In this document: positions 27,475-37,900 of the stretch, piece after piece
Layout: each line of letters opens with the position of its first letter
Position numbering within the stretch: position 1 is the first letter of the stretch
From: an uncultured bacterium
GTDB taxonomy: Bacteria > Bacillota_I > Bacilli_A > RFN20 > CAG-826
Reading direction: 5' to 3'
Assembly: GCA_949297305.1 (NCBI GenBank)
Contig: CASFSG010000025.1
Coordinates: forward strand, 12,574-76,573
Length of the DNA: 64,000 bases
Notes under the pieces: model-generated
Seen by the model: the letters and a program-made list of their open reading frames with translations, nothing else
The model's database searches: none
Told to the model about the DNA's origin: nothing
Program-made: the position numbers and the translations under genes

Positions 27475-29314
27475 CTTCCTCAAACTCCTTTTCCAGTGCT
27501 TCTTTTTTAATTTTGTTGTGTTCTTTAATAATGCGCGCTCTTTCAAGCGGGTCGCTATTATTATTCAAAGATTGTTGCAAAATTTCTTTTTGATAAATCT
27601 TATTTTTTTGTTCATTGATAATATCGCGATACTCGTCCATGGTTTTTTCGTTATAAGATAGGCGTGGCATGTTATCGCTAGAAAGATCATTCAAAACTTT
27701 TTCTGCTTCATCTTTATTAGCAAAATCCCCCTCTTCCAAAGAGGAATAGATTACATTTATATCAACTTTATCGTGATGCGATAAATAATCGATAATAAAA
27801 TTAGCAATTAAACGATTAACTTCATCATAAAAATATCCAATGTTTCGATCATAATAAGCGACAGCTTCCTTAAAATAGAGCATTTCTTTTAACATATATC
27901 GTTCAGTCAGAATTAATTTGCGATATTCTTTGAGTGGCAAAGATGAAAAAGTGCGATTTAAATCACCACTAAAGACAAATTTTTCTTCTTCGTGCAATTT
28001 TTGTCGTTGACGATTTTCTTTTTCTTTAACTAAATAGGCTTTTAATGCTCGCGGATCATAATGCGTCGCTTCGCTAAGCTTATATAAATAATTATCGTAA
28101 ACTAAACTATCGCTTATATTGGCAAAAAAAGGTACAAAATAATCGATAACTTTTTTGATATTTTCTTCATTAGATAGGGGCGAAACATTTTTGTAATAAT
28201 CTAAAATGAATGTAAAGGAATCGACTAAAGAATTGATGAATAAACGTAATCGATCTGGTCCATCTTGATTCAATATTTCGTCAGGATCGCGATTTTCGCC
28301 CTCCAAAAAAACGATTCGGTAATTAATTTTAGCTTTATCGAGTTCACTAATTGCTTTCATTGTCGCGATTTTACCTGGATTGTCGCAATCTAAACACATG
28401 CGTATTTCAACATTTAAGCGTTTAAATAGATCGAGATGTTCTTTTGTTAAAGCGGTACCCATCAACGCTACCGCATTATTAATTCCAATACGGTCGAGAG
28501 CAAAAACATCCATAAAACCCTCTAAAACATATAAATACTTATCGTGTCTTAAGGAATCTTTAATTCGTGAATAATTGTACAATATTTTCGACTTTTGAAA
28601 TAATCGCGTCTCAGGAGTATTGACATATTTTGCTAAGTCGCTATTTTCGAGTAATCTCCGCGCGCTAAAACCAACGATGCGCCCATCCATATCATCGATT
28701 GGAAATATGACTCGCCCAGCATTCATATCGCTAGTTAAATCACGGCTAGTCTTCGTAATACCGATATTTTCAATATTTTTTAACGAATACTTCTTTTGTT
28801 CAAGATGAGTGATAGTTAATTTAGGATCGTTAAAAGCATAACCGAGACGATATTTTTGTTGCATATTTAAATCGATATGACGACTAAGCAAATAATCTTT
28901 AGCGATTTGACCTTCTTCAGTTAACAGACCATATTGGTAGAATTTAGTTAAATCTTCTAAGCAACTATAAAGAATTTCATCTTCTTGCGAAATCTTTTTA
29001 ACATAACGCGTATCTTCTTCTAGACGCGGATCATCATAATTAATGAGCCGCGCGACTTTTTTTAAGGCATCAAAATAAGAAATGTGTTCATAACGCATTA
29101 CAAAAGTAATCGCATTACCGCCATTTCCACACGAATAACATTTATAAATTTGTTTTTCGCGCGAAATCGACATCGAAGGATGATGATCATCATGAAAAGG
29201 ACATAAAGCAACAAAGTTGCGACCCTTCTTAACGACATTAATGTAGGAAGAAATAATGTCGACAATGTCAGCGCGTTTGAGAATTTCTTCGGTTAAAGTT
29301 GCTTGATAAATCAT
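27452..29314 (-). CDS. dnaG: DNA primase
   Basis: Zinc-ribbon [14 protein letters not shown]...YKCYSCG and Toprim EGFMDV...DCDNPG. Lies upstream of sigA as in the classical operon. Confidence 0.9.
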
Positions 29315-29361
29315 AATAATTATCTTTAGATAATAAATACTATTTTTATACTATTTATATA

Positions 29362-30732
29362 CTATTTTTCAATTTGTTCTTTTAAATAATCAACAAGTTC
29401 TGAAATTGGTAAGCGAACTTGTTTCATCGAGTCGCGTTCGCGAACGGTTACTTGCTGGTCGAGCAATGAATCAAAGTCAAATGTCACACAAAAAGGCGTT
29501 CCAATCGCATCTTGTCGGCGATATCGTTTGCCAATACTACCTGTAACATCGTAAGTTACACTAAAAAATTTATTGAGAGTTTTAACAAGTTGAAAGGCTT
29601 GTTCACTAAGTTGTTTACTAAGCGGTAAAATGGCAACCTTATAAGGTGCTAAAGATTTTTTGATGCGCATGACGATGCGTTCGTCATTTTCGAGTTGTTC
29701 TTTGTCATATGCCTCGCAAACGACCATTAAAAATAGCCGATCAAGCCCCATTGAAGGCTCGATGACGTAAGGAAGATATTTTTCGTTACTATCAGTATCT
29801 AAATAAGATAAATCTTCACCACTATAATTTTGATGACGACCCAAATCGTAATTCGTACGATCGGCAATGCCTAAAAGTTCGCCCCAACCAAAGGGATAAC
29901 GATATTCGATGTCAGTTGTCGCTTTAGAATAAAAAGCGAGTTCATGGGGCTCGTGGTCGCGATATCTTAAGTTTTCAGGTTTAATATTAAAAGATTCGAT
30001 AAATTCGAGACAAAATTGTTTCCAATACTTAAACCATTCTAAATCAGTATCAGGTTTACAGAAAAATTCTAATTCCATTTGTTCAAATTCACGCGTCCGA
30101 AAAGTAAAATTCCCGGGAGTAATTTCATTGCGAAAACTTTTACCAATACTAGCAATGCCAAATGGCAATTTTTTTCGCATCGAACGTTGAACATTCTTGA
30201 AGTTTACAAACATCGCCTGAGCAGTTTCAGGGCGAAGATAAACTAAAGTCTCCTTTCCTTCAGTAACGCCGATATGCGTACGAAACATCATATTAAATTG
30301 ACGGATTTCGGTAAATTCATTTTTACCGCATTTCGGGCAAACGACACGATGCGATTTAATAAAATTATTTAAGTCATCATTAGTCATATTTTTCACATCT
30401 TCACTAGGAAAAAGTTCTTCAATTAAATCATCCGCGCGATAACGGGAATGACAATGTTTACAATCGATTAAGGGGTCGGAGAAATTCTCTACATGTCCGG
30501 TGGCTTCCCAAACTTTTGGATTCATTAAAATCGCAGCGTCAAGCCCAACGTTCGTCGGTGATTCATGAACGAATTTTTGCCAATAATAAGCTTTGATATT
30601 ATTTTTTAATTCGACTCCTAAAGGACCATAATCCCAGGTATTTGATAATCCACCATAAATCTCCGAGCCTTGGAAAATAAATCCGCTCGTGATTAAATGA
30701 TTCGTGATTTCTTCAAACTTTTTATCTGCCAT
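29362..30732 (-). CDS. glyQS: glycine--tRNA ligase (homodimeric class II type)
   Basis: 456 aa with [42 protein letters not shown] and IEPS.GLDR motifs. Confidence 0.9.
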   Translation of the reverse strand: MADKKFEEITNHLITSGFIFQGSEIYGGLSNTWDYGPLGVELKNNIKAYYWQKFVHESPTNVGLDAAILMNPKVWEATGHVENFSDPLIDCKHCHSRYRADDLIEELFPSEDVKNMTNDDLNNFIKSHRVVCPKCGKNEFTEIRQFNMMFRTHIGVTEGKETLVYLRPETAQAMFVNFKNVQRSMRKKLPFGIASIGKSFRNEITPGNFTFRTREFEQMELEFFCKPDTDLEWFKYWKQFCLEFIESFNIKPENLRYRDHEPHELAFYSKATTDIEYRYPFGWGELLGIADRTNYDLGRHQNYSGEDLSYLDTDSNEKYLPYVIEPSMGLDRLFLMVVCEAYDKEQLENDERIVMRIKKSLAPYKVAILPLSKQLSEQAFQLVKTLNKFFSVTYDVTGSIGKRYRRQDAIGTPFCVTFDFDSLLDQQVTVRERDSMKQVRLPISELVDYLKEQIEK

Positions 30733-30766
30733 AATTATTAATTCCTCTTAAAAATGCACGCGATAA

Positions 30767-30794
30767 ATTATATTTATCTCATTTTTTTTGTCAA
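30767..30794 (-). promoter_or_regulatory. consensus sigma-A promoter upstream of glyQS
   Basis: The minus strand reads TTGACA (30789-30794), a 16-nt spacer, then TATAAT (30767-30772), about 35 nt before the glyQS ATG. The leader is too short to hold a T-box. Confidence 0.6.
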
Positions 30795-30839
30795 CCTATT
30801 ATAAGTGTAGTTATTTAAATTTTAAGGTTTTGCTTCGTC

Positions 30840-31550
30840 TTATAAATACTTGATGCTCGTTAATTTGATGTCGAGATTATCATAGATAAAATCGCTTAAT
30901 AAACGAATGATTTCTAAACATTCATCATCGTTAAAGGCAATATGTGAAAAGCGTTCGCAATCGACTTTGAATATATAGCGGATAATTTTAAGTTTTCTTT
31001 CGCCTAAAGCGATATCTTCTTCCGCTTTAAAAGCACAGCGACTAACAAAACCGCCGTCGCGCAAACTTAAAGCCACCAAATCTAACTTCTCTTTAGTGCG
31101 AACGCAATAATCTACTTCAAAGCCTAGTCCATTTAAAATAAGTATTTTAGCTAAATAGATTAAAGATAAAGTCATTCCAGAAAAATTGTCATTTAATAAT
31201 GATAAAACACGATATAGATAGACAAATTCTAAGTTCTTATCAATATTAAGCGTCAATTTATTGTTGACTTCTTTCAAAAAATTTAAATATTTTAAATTAG
31301 GCAAGTTAAGACGAATATTATAAAAAGCTTCGATGACATTACCTTGACGGAGGAGCAATCCTTTCTTCGATGAAGTTAAAAGGAAGTTACTATAAGTAAA
31401 TTCTTCAACGCTAGGGTGATTTTTAGATGTTAATTTCATCACTCCTTTCGCTAAAAAAGCATAGCTCCCTTCCTTGGTAAGAACCGTAATCATCTTATCA
31501 AAATCATTAAAAGGAGTTGAAGCGACGACAATGCCTTGAATTTCTTTCAT
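30840..31550 (-). CDS. recO: DNA repair protein RecO
   Basis: 236 aa. N-terminal OB-fold pattern (GIVV...PF.DFDKMITVLTKEGSY.FLAKG). Conserved position immediately after era. No zinc-finger Cys pairs are visible. Confidence 0.7.
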   Translation of the reverse strand: MKEIQGIVVASTPFNDFDKMITVLTKEGSYAFLAKGVMKLTSKNHPSVEEFTYSNFLLTSSKKGLLLRQGNVIEAFYNIRLNLPNLKYLNFLKEVNNKLTLNIDKNLEFVYLYRVLSLLNDNFSGMTLSLIYLAKILILNGLGFEVDYCVRTKEKLDLVALSLRDGGFVSRCAFKAEEDIALGERKLKIIRYIFKVDCERFSHIAFNDDECLEIIRLLSDFIYDNLDIKLTSIKYL

Positions 31551-32423
31551 TTAATAACCTAATCTTTTTAAAATGCTTAAAGAATTAGTCCAATCTTCTT
31601 TAACTAAAACATGTAAATCTAGATAGATAGTTTTTCGATAATACTCTTCGATGGCTTTTCTTGATGCTATGCCAATACGTTTAATCATCGCACCTCTTTT
31701 TCCAATTAAAATTGGTTTATGAGATTCCTTTTCAACATAGATAGCTGCTTTAATATAAACTTTGCTTTTTTCTTCCGTTAAATTCTCAACATAAATCGCT
31801 ACACCATGGGGTACTTCTTCGTTCAATAAATTTAAAATGGATTCGCGAATTAATTCGCTAACTAAATAAGCGCTCGATTTATCGGTAACTTGATCTTGAG
31901 GATAAAAAAATGGTCCTTCTGGTAAAACTTTTTTAATCTCCTTTAATAAAGTATCGACATTAAAGCCAACGCGCGCTTCTAATTCAATAATGAACGCATG
32001 AGGAAACTTTTCTTTTAAATTGTTTTTTAATTTAATCGCCTCTTCGATTGTAATTAAATCTATTTTATTAATCGCGATAAATAAAGGAATATCTAAAGGT
32101 ATTTTTTGATAGATTAACTCATCTCCTTTATTTTCTTTCCTCGAAGCATCAATAACTAAAATAATAGCATCGACATCATTTAATGAGCCAAAGGCTCTTT
32201 CATTCATTTTTTCACCTAAAATATGTAGAGGTTTATGGATTCCAGGTGTGTCTAGAAAAACAATTTCAGTCTCCTCATCATGATAAATTCCGCGAATAAT
32301 ATCACGAGTTGTTTGAACTTTGCTTGTCACAATCGCAACTTTATGTTCGATTAAATTATTTAAGATAGTTGACTTACCGACATTGCTTTTACCAATAATA
32401 GCAACAAAACCACTTTTCATCAT
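31551..32423 (-). CDS. era: GTPase Era
   Basis: GKSNVGKSTILN (G1), DTPG (G3), NKID (G4), and a C-terminal KH domain with KPILIGKRGAMIKRIG. Confidence 0.9.
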   Translation of the reverse strand: MMKSGFVAIIGKSNVGKSTILNNLIEHKVAIVTSKVQTTRDIIRGIYHDEETEIVFLDTPGIHKPLHILGEKMNERAFGSLNDVDAIILVIDASRKENKGDELIYQKIPLDIPLFIAINKIDLITIEEAIKLKNNLKEKFPHAFIIELEARVGFNVDTLLKEIKKVLPEGPFFYPQDQVTDKSSAYLVSELIRESILNLLNEEVPHGVAIYVENLTEEKSKVYIKAAIYVEKESHKPILIGKRGAMIKRIGIASRKAIEEYYRKTIYLDLHVLVKEDWTNSLSILKRLGY

Positions 32424-32824
32424 TATAAATCCGAATCATCGAAAGCAAAGGGCAATAAATCGTCAATTGTCGTTTCTAAAATATCATCGTGTAAATTGGC
32501 TAAGTAAATATGACCGTTACGCGGGAAAATTTCCGAGATAACTTGGCGACAAGCACCACAAGGAGAAATTGGTTCTTTCGTATCTCCTACGACCGCTAAA
32601 GCGACAAAATCTTCCATATGCTTACCGCTCATTAACGCATGATAAAGAGCATTTCTTTCAGCGCACATCGATAAGGGGTAAGAAGCGTTTTCGATGTTTG
32701 CCCCATAATAAACTTCACCATCTTTACATAAAAGCGCTGCCCCTACTTTAAATTTCGAATATGGAACATAGGCTAGTTCGCGCGCTTTTTTTGCCTCATT
32801 AACTAAATCAAATTTGTCCATCAT
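32423..32824 (-). CDS. cdd: cytidine deaminase
   Basis: CAERNAL and PCGACRQ zinc-binding motifs. 133 aa. Confidence 0.9.
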   Translation of the reverse strand: MMDKFDLVNEAKKARELAYVPYSKFKVGAALLCKDGEVYYGANIENASYPLSMCAERNALYHALMSGKHMEDFVALAVVGDTKEPISPCGACRQVISEIFPRNGHIYLANLHDDILETTIDDLLPFAFDDSDL

Positions 32825-33263
32825 TTCTCCCTCCTAAAATTTCTTCTTGCAACGAAAACATCTTTTTTTCTTCTTCGATATTTTGGTGATCATATCCTAA
32901 TAAATGTAATAGGCCATGAACGAATAAAAACGACATTTCCCGCTTTAAAGTATGCTTATATTCTTCCGCTTGTTTTTTTGCGTGGTCGGTAGAAATAATA
33001 ATTTCACCTAAATCGATTATTTCATTATTATTTAGTCCTTCATCATCATCTAAAAAAGCAAATGAGATGACGTCGGTTGAATTATCAATATGGCGGTATT
33101 CTTTATTAATGCGATGAATGAAATCATCATCAACTAAAATCACGCTTAAATAATAATTCTCTTTTTTATTTAATTTGGCGAATGTTCGCGTTGCTAAAGA
33201 ATTATATATCTTCTGATATTCATCAAATGATGAATCTTGATAATTAGTGAAATCCATCTCCAT
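32808..33263 (-). CDS. ybeY: rRNA maturation endoribonuclease YbeY
   Basis: HGLLHLLGYDH metal-binding motif and TDVISF. 151 aa. Confidence 0.9.
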   Translation of the reverse strand: MEMDFTNYQDSSFDEYQKIYNSLATRTFAKLNKKENYYLSVILVDDDFIHRINKEYRHIDNSTDVISFAFLDDDEGLNNNEIIDLGEIIISTDHAKKQAEEYKHTLKREMSFLFVHGLLHLLGYDHQNIEEEKKMFSLQEEILGGRNDGQI

Positions 33264-33314
33264 TGGAAAAATATTTTAACATATAAATAAAATTATTTGT
33301 ATTGCAAATCAGTA

Positions 33315-34487
33315 CTAACAAATGAATATTTCATAAAATAACATCTTTTCCTTTAAGTAGGTTTGATAATCCTTTTCAAAATCAAAAGCAATTTTAAGAT
33401 GCGAATTTAAATAAAATAAGGTAAAAAAGAGAAAAAAGAAATTCGTCATCGATAAACTATCAATTAGTATAGATAAGATAATCGCTACGATAAAAATTAA
33501 GAATATCTTTAGATATTTAATAACATTTAAATAATTAATGTAACGATAAGATTTAAAGTGTAAAGATTCAATAAAAGATATCGCCGCTTTCTTTTTCGAT
33601 GAAAATAAATCGTTTTCTAAAAATTCAATATGATGTTGATATTTTTTTAAAGTAGGCGTGATGAATAAATATTCCAAAACGTTTAACAAAAAAATGATAG
33701 CGATACCACTGACATATAAATAATTAAAAATTATTAACGAAATTCCTAGTAAAAGAATAATAAATAATGAGGAAAATAATCTTCGCGGTGTTAAATATAG
33801 TTTGCTTTTATAATTTTGAAACAATCGATAATTATCTTTTGTAATTTTTTTATTTGTTAATAATGATAAATAACGACGATCAAAAGCCTTTAAAGAAGAG
33901 ACAATTATTTGTCCTAAAGTAATTTCTAAAATAGCAAAAAGTGATAAAAAAATAAATGGCAGATAAATGATAGCAAAAGGAAAAGTAATAAAAGAAGCGA
34001 TCAAAGACAAAGTCGCTAGTAATTCACTAAAAATAACTAAAAAGTGATAAATCGGTTTAAGCTTAGGCATTTCTTTAGCAATATATTTTTGTTTATTATA
34101 AGAGGCAACTTCCAATGTTAAAAAAGTAAAGCGAAGAAAAAATTTCTTTTTAGTTAAAAAATATTTACCTTGGTAGGGATCATAGATATGAAATAAGCCG
34201 GCCACCTTCTTTACTAAAACGAGATGAAAATTCTTTGTCCCTTTAAAAGAAGCTAAAAATATTTTCGGTAAATTTTTATATTTGACATTATTTTCATAAC
34301 GATACGCCTTCAATTTTAAACCGTTTGTTTTAGCGATTTGTTCTAGTTCAAAAATTGAATATTGTTGATCGATATATTTACGAGCTAAATATAAATAATT
34401 TGGATTGTGATAAAGATTAGCTAATAGCATTTTTAGACTAGCGAATCCGCAATCGTTATTTCCAGTTTGATAGCAAAAGTATTTCAT
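33315..34487 (-). CDS. C39 (bacteriocin-processing type) cysteine peptidase domain fused to a polytopic membrane domain; no ABC ATPase domain
   Basis: N-terminus YQTGNNDCGFASLKMLLANLY (Gln7/Cys13), NFHLVLVKK (His88) and IYDPYQG (Asp103) form a complete C39 catalytic set. It is followed by about 260 aa with multiple hydrophobic helices and ends with no Walker A/B. Confidence 0.7.
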   Translation of the reverse strand: MKYFCYQTGNNDCGFASLKMLLANLYHNPNYLYLARKYIDQQYSIFELEQIAKTNGLKLKAYRYENNVKYKNLPKIFLASFKGTKNFHLVLVKKVAGLFHIYDPYQGKYFLTKKKFFLRFTFLTLEVASYNKQKYIAKEMPKLKPIYHFLVIFSELLATLSLIASFITFPFAIIYLPFIFLSLFAILEITLGQIIVSSLKAFDRRYLSLLTNKKITKDNYRLFQNYKSKLYLTPRRLFSSLFIILLLGISLIIFNYLYVSGIAIIFLLNVLEYLFITPTLKKYQHHIEFLENDLFSSKKKAAISFIESLHFKSYRYINYLNVIKYLKIFLIFIVAIILSILIDSLSMTNFFFLFFTLFYLNSHLKIAFDFEKDYQTYLKEKMLFYEIFIC

Positions 34488-34608
34488 CGTCTATTTAATA
34501 GGATAAAATTGCTTCTTTGTGTCGTTTTTATTCGAAAATGAGAATAAATGATTATACGTAGTATAATAACTACTATTTTTATACTATAATTCAACTATCG
34601 AATTTTAT

Positions 34609-34637
34609 TTAAAAAGAAAACCCTCGCTCGGAGGGTT
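34609..34637 (-). terminator. rho-independent terminator downstream of rpsU
   Basis: Minus strand: AACCCTC-CGAGC-GAGGGTT hairpin (plus 34619-34637) followed by TTTTCTTTTT. Confidence 0.75.
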
Positions 34638-34656
34638 AATTTTTTAATCAATTTAA

Positions 34657-34830
34657 CTAATATGATTTACGACGGGCCATTTCGCTTTTTAATTTACGGC
34701 GAACGCCAGGTTTAAGATAGAATTCTCTTTTACGCGCTTCTTGGAGAGTGCCGGCTTTATTAACGAGACGTTTAAAGCGACGAAGAGCTTCATCTAAAGA
34801 TTCGTTTTCTCTAACAATTGTTTTAGGCAT
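34657..34830 (-). CDS. rpsU: 30S ribosomal protein S21
   Basis: [21 protein letters not shown]...[10 protein letters not shown]. Start moved to ATG 34830, which has AAGGAG 8 nt upstream. Confidence 0.9.
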   Translation of the reverse strand: MPKTIVRENESLDEALRRFKRLVNKAGTLQEARKREFYLKPGVRRKLKSEMARRKSY

Positions 34831-34877
34831 TTTATCATCTCCTTTCCGCAACGAGAATTAATATAAACTATTTAATA

Positions 34878-35519
34878 TTATTCTTCAACTATTTTTACAC
34901 CATTACTTGTGCCAATGCGCGTCGCTCCAGCGTTAATCATTTTAAGTGCATCTTCCTTGGTTTTGATGCCACCACTAGCTTTTACGCCAATATAACTAGG
35001 AACACTTTGTCGCATAATTTGGACAGCTTCAACAGTTGCTCCAGCTTTAGAAAAACCGGTTGATGTCTTAACATAATCAGCGCCACCACGAACTGCCGCT
35101 TTCGCGCCTTCAGAAATTTCCTCATTCGATAATAGGCAAGTTTCTAAAATAACTTTTAAGAGGCGACCACGCGTATTTGCCTTGACCATATGAACTTCTT
35201 TTTCAATATAATCATAGTCGTGTTCTTTAAGCATGGTAATATTAATTACCATATCGATTTCATCCGCGCCATTATCGACGGCTTCTAAAGCTTCTTTAGC
35301 TTTAAGCGAAGGAGTATTCGCGCCTAAAGGAAAACCGACGACCGTGCAAACTTTCACATCGCTGCCTTTTAACAAGTTTTTCATGACGCTAACAAAACAA
35401 GGATTAACACAAACGCTATAAAAATTATGTAAACGCGCCTCTAAAGCAATTTTTTCAATCTCTTGAAGCGATGCATCGCTTTTAAGCAATGTGTGATCAA
35501 TTATTTTATTTAGTTCCAT
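34878..35519 (-). CDS. deoC: deoxyribose-phosphate aldolase
   Basis: IDHTLLK, VCV.P, GFPLG, EIDMVIN and YVKTSTGF (Schiff-base Lys) motifs. Confidence 0.9.
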   Translation of the reverse strand: MELNKIIDHTLLKSDASLQEIEKIALEARLHNFYSVCVNPCFVSVMKNLLKGSDVKVCTVVGFPLGANTPSLKAKEALEAVDNGADEIDMVINITMLKEHDYDYIEKEVHMVKANTRGRLLKVILETCLLSNEEISEGAKAAVRGGADYVKTSTGFSKAGATVEAVQIMRQSVPSYIGVKASGGIKTKEDALKMINAGATRIGTSNGVKIVEE

Positions 35520-35548
35520 CTTATTTTTCCTCCGCTTAATATTTTACA

Positions 35549-35749
35549 TTATTTAGCTTCTTCTGTAGCTTTTTCTTTTTTGCTTACGACGCTGCGACCT
35601 TTATAATAACCGCATTTAGGGCAAACATTATGAGCCTTAATTGTCGCGCCACAATGTGGACAAGTGATTAAACCACTAACCGCGAGTTTAAAATGCGTAC
35701 GACGCATTCTTTTTGTCGTTTTTGATGTTCTTCTAAAAGGGACTGCCAT
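35549..35749 (-). CDS. rpmF: 50S ribosomal protein L32 (zinc-ribbon form)
   Basis: [20 protein letters not shown]-terminus. CPHCG...CPKCG. Confidence 0.9.
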   Translation of the reverse strand: MAVPFRRTSKTTKRMRRTHFKLAVSGLITCPHCGATIKAHNVCPKCGYYKGRSVVSKKEKATEEAK

Positions 35750-35831
35750 ATTTATTACCTCCTATAAATCGTAGATATTATATAGACATAATAAAAAATA
35801 AGCAAAGTTTTTTCATACATTGTAATATAAT

Positions 35832-37112
35832 TTAGTATATATCTTCGATTTTATCATATATCACTTCAATAGTTTGACCTATAGAAATGAGGTTAGAAAA
35901 GGGGATAAAAACTTTTAGATATTCTTCGCTATATCCTTCGAAAACTCCAAGCGATTCATGATATCTTTCAATTAAAACCTTAACTTTTCTTTGGTAGAAT
36001 TGTTTCGCGTACTGTCGATGCATCTCCTTAGCTAAAGTTATTAACTGATGAACACGTTTTTTCTTCGTTGCATGAGCGATATTGTCTAGATATAATTTGG
36101 ACGCTACTGTGCCTATACGCTCAGAATAAGGAAAGGGGTGAATTTCACTAAAGGCACATTTTTTAATGAATTGGTAACCATCTAAAAATAGATCGTCATT
36201 TTCATTAGGAAAACCAACCATGATATCAGTTGTAATTGCTGCTAAGGGCCGAACTTGACGAATTTTATTTATAGCGGCAAGATATTCCTCTTGCGTATAA
36301 TGGCGATTCATCATACGCAATATTTCATTTGAACCAGCTTGCAAGGGAAGATGAAAATGTGGCATAACTCTACGATCGGCGATTAACTTCAAAAATAAAT
36401 CATCAATTTGTCTTACTTCAATCGAAGAAATGCGCAAACGAAAATCTTGTGGTAAAACATTTAATATTTCTGCTAATAAATGCGAAAAATTATATTGCAA
36501 ATTGTCGCCATAACGATAGCTAGCCATATCAATGCCCACTAAAACAATTTCGCGATAATTCATTTCGACTAAATACTTTACTTCATTTAAAATATCGTCT
36601 TTATCGCGATAACGCGACTTGCCGCGAGCAAAAGGGATTAAACAATACGAACAAAAAGAATCACAGCCGTCTTCTATTTTTAAAAAAGCACGCGTCCGCT
36701 CGCTATTAAAAAAAGAAGGACAATGTTCATAAGAAAAATAACGAGTATTTTTATCGACTAAATTAACATTTTTCTTTGATAAAAAATAAGAGTTTAATAT
36801 ATCGATAATTTTATACCGATTTGATGTTCCTATGATAATATTAGCCTTACCTTCCGCCATAATGCGTTCGCTATCAATTTGGCTATAACAGCCCATGATA
36901 ACAATGATTGCGTTAGGAAATTTAAAACGCATACGCGAGAGAATTTGCCGTGATTTATGGCTTGATACATGCGTAACTGCGCAGCTATTAATAATTATCA
37001 CATCGGGATTAATTTCGTCGTAAAGATAACCGTTTTTGCTTAAAAGCTGATTAATCACGCTAATTTCATAATAATTAACTTTGCAACCTAAATTATAAAG
37101 ATAATATTTCAT
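35832..37112 (-). CDS. mtaB: radical-SAM methylthiotransferase, MtaB (YqeV)-like
   Basis: N-terminal LGCKVNYYE, radical-SAM CDSFCSYC and a C-terminal TRAM-like region. Position downstream of rsmE matches Bacillus. Confidence 0.75.
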   Translation of the reverse strand: MKYYLYNLGCKVNYYEISVINQLLSKNGYLYDEINPDVIIINSCAVTHVSSHKSRQILSRMRFKFPNAIIVIMGCYSQIDSERIMAEGKANIIIGTSNRYKIIDILNSYFLSKKNVNLVDKNTRYFSYEHCPSFFNSERTRAFLKIEDGCDSFCSYCLIPFARGKSRYRDKDDILNEVKYLVEMNYREIVLVGIDMASYRYGDNLQYNFSHLLAEILNVLPQDFRLRISSIEVRQIDDLFLKLIADRRVMPHFHLPLQAGSNEILRMMNRHYTQEEYLAAINKIRQVRPLAAITTDIMVGFPNENDDLFLDGYQFIKKCAFSEIHPFPYSERIGTVASKLYLDNIAHATKKKRVHQLITLAKEMHRQYAKQFYQRKVKVLIERYHESLGVFEGYSEEYLKVFIPFSNLISIGQTIEVIYDKIEDIY

Positions 37113-37900
37113 AATCGTGCTCTTTTATTCATCTTTTTTAAAAAGCGATATTCCTGATGCTTGATTTTGAAAATCAATCTTTTCGAAATAAAACCATTTT
37201 CAATCAAAGCGTTATAAAATTTTTCGCGATTAGAGGCTAAATAAGCATCGATAACATCCTTTAAACGTTCAAGTATGTGCGCATAATTAGGTTTTTTTAA
37301 ATAGCGATCAAATAAAGCTATTTTCACATCTAATCGTCCTTCATTATTAATAACATATACAGTTTTAAAATCATAATGATAACAAATTAGAACTTTTTCA
37401 TCTTGATATAAAGGGACGAGTTTAGAAAATAGGGAATTATACAAGGAAAAATTATATGTATCAAATAGGTCAATAACCGATGTCGCATAATGATCGATTA
37501 GACGCGAATAAGGGGTTTTTAATAACTTTCCAAAATTCGTAGAATAGATTAAATTAATCGAACGAGAGAAGATGGGAACATAAATTTTATTATTGCCCTC
37601 TAGTAGATAGGGTAAATTAATCATCTTTTCTTTGATATAATCGTTTGCTTCTTTCGAATTGAAAGATGATTGTTGATATGCGTAAATCACCGCTTCTTCA
37701 ATTTTCTTTTTGTTTAATATAGATCGGAGAATTATATTGGCCCTAATTAGCATAAATTCATCGTCAATATCATAATAAAACAAGCGATACATCGGAATAT
37801 TTAAAAACATATATCGATATTCATTATAAAAAAAATATTCTTCGTGATGGCGGAGATTTTTCTTTACCTGATACTTTTCTAATGTCTTAAATAAATTCAT
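37109..37900 (-). CDS. hypothetical protein (263 aa, Tyr/Phe/Asn-rich, no motif recognised)
   Basis: The ORF overlaps the rsmE stop by 1 nt and the mtaB start by 4 nt, so it is probably translationally coupled. No family recognised by eye. Confidence 0.5.
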   Translation of the reverse strand: MNLFKTLEKYQVKKNLRHHEEYFFYNEYRYMFLNIPMYRLFYYDIDDEFMLIRANIILRSILNKKKIEEAVIYAYQQSSFNSKEANDYIKEKMINLPYLLEGNNKIYVPIFSRSINLIYSTNFGKLLKTPYSRLIDHYATSVIDLFDTYNFSLYNSLFSKLVPLYQDEKVLICYHYDFKTVYVINNEGRLDVKIALFDRYLKKPNYAHILERLKDVIDAYLASNREKFYNALIENGFISKRLIFKIKHQEYRFLKKMNKRARL

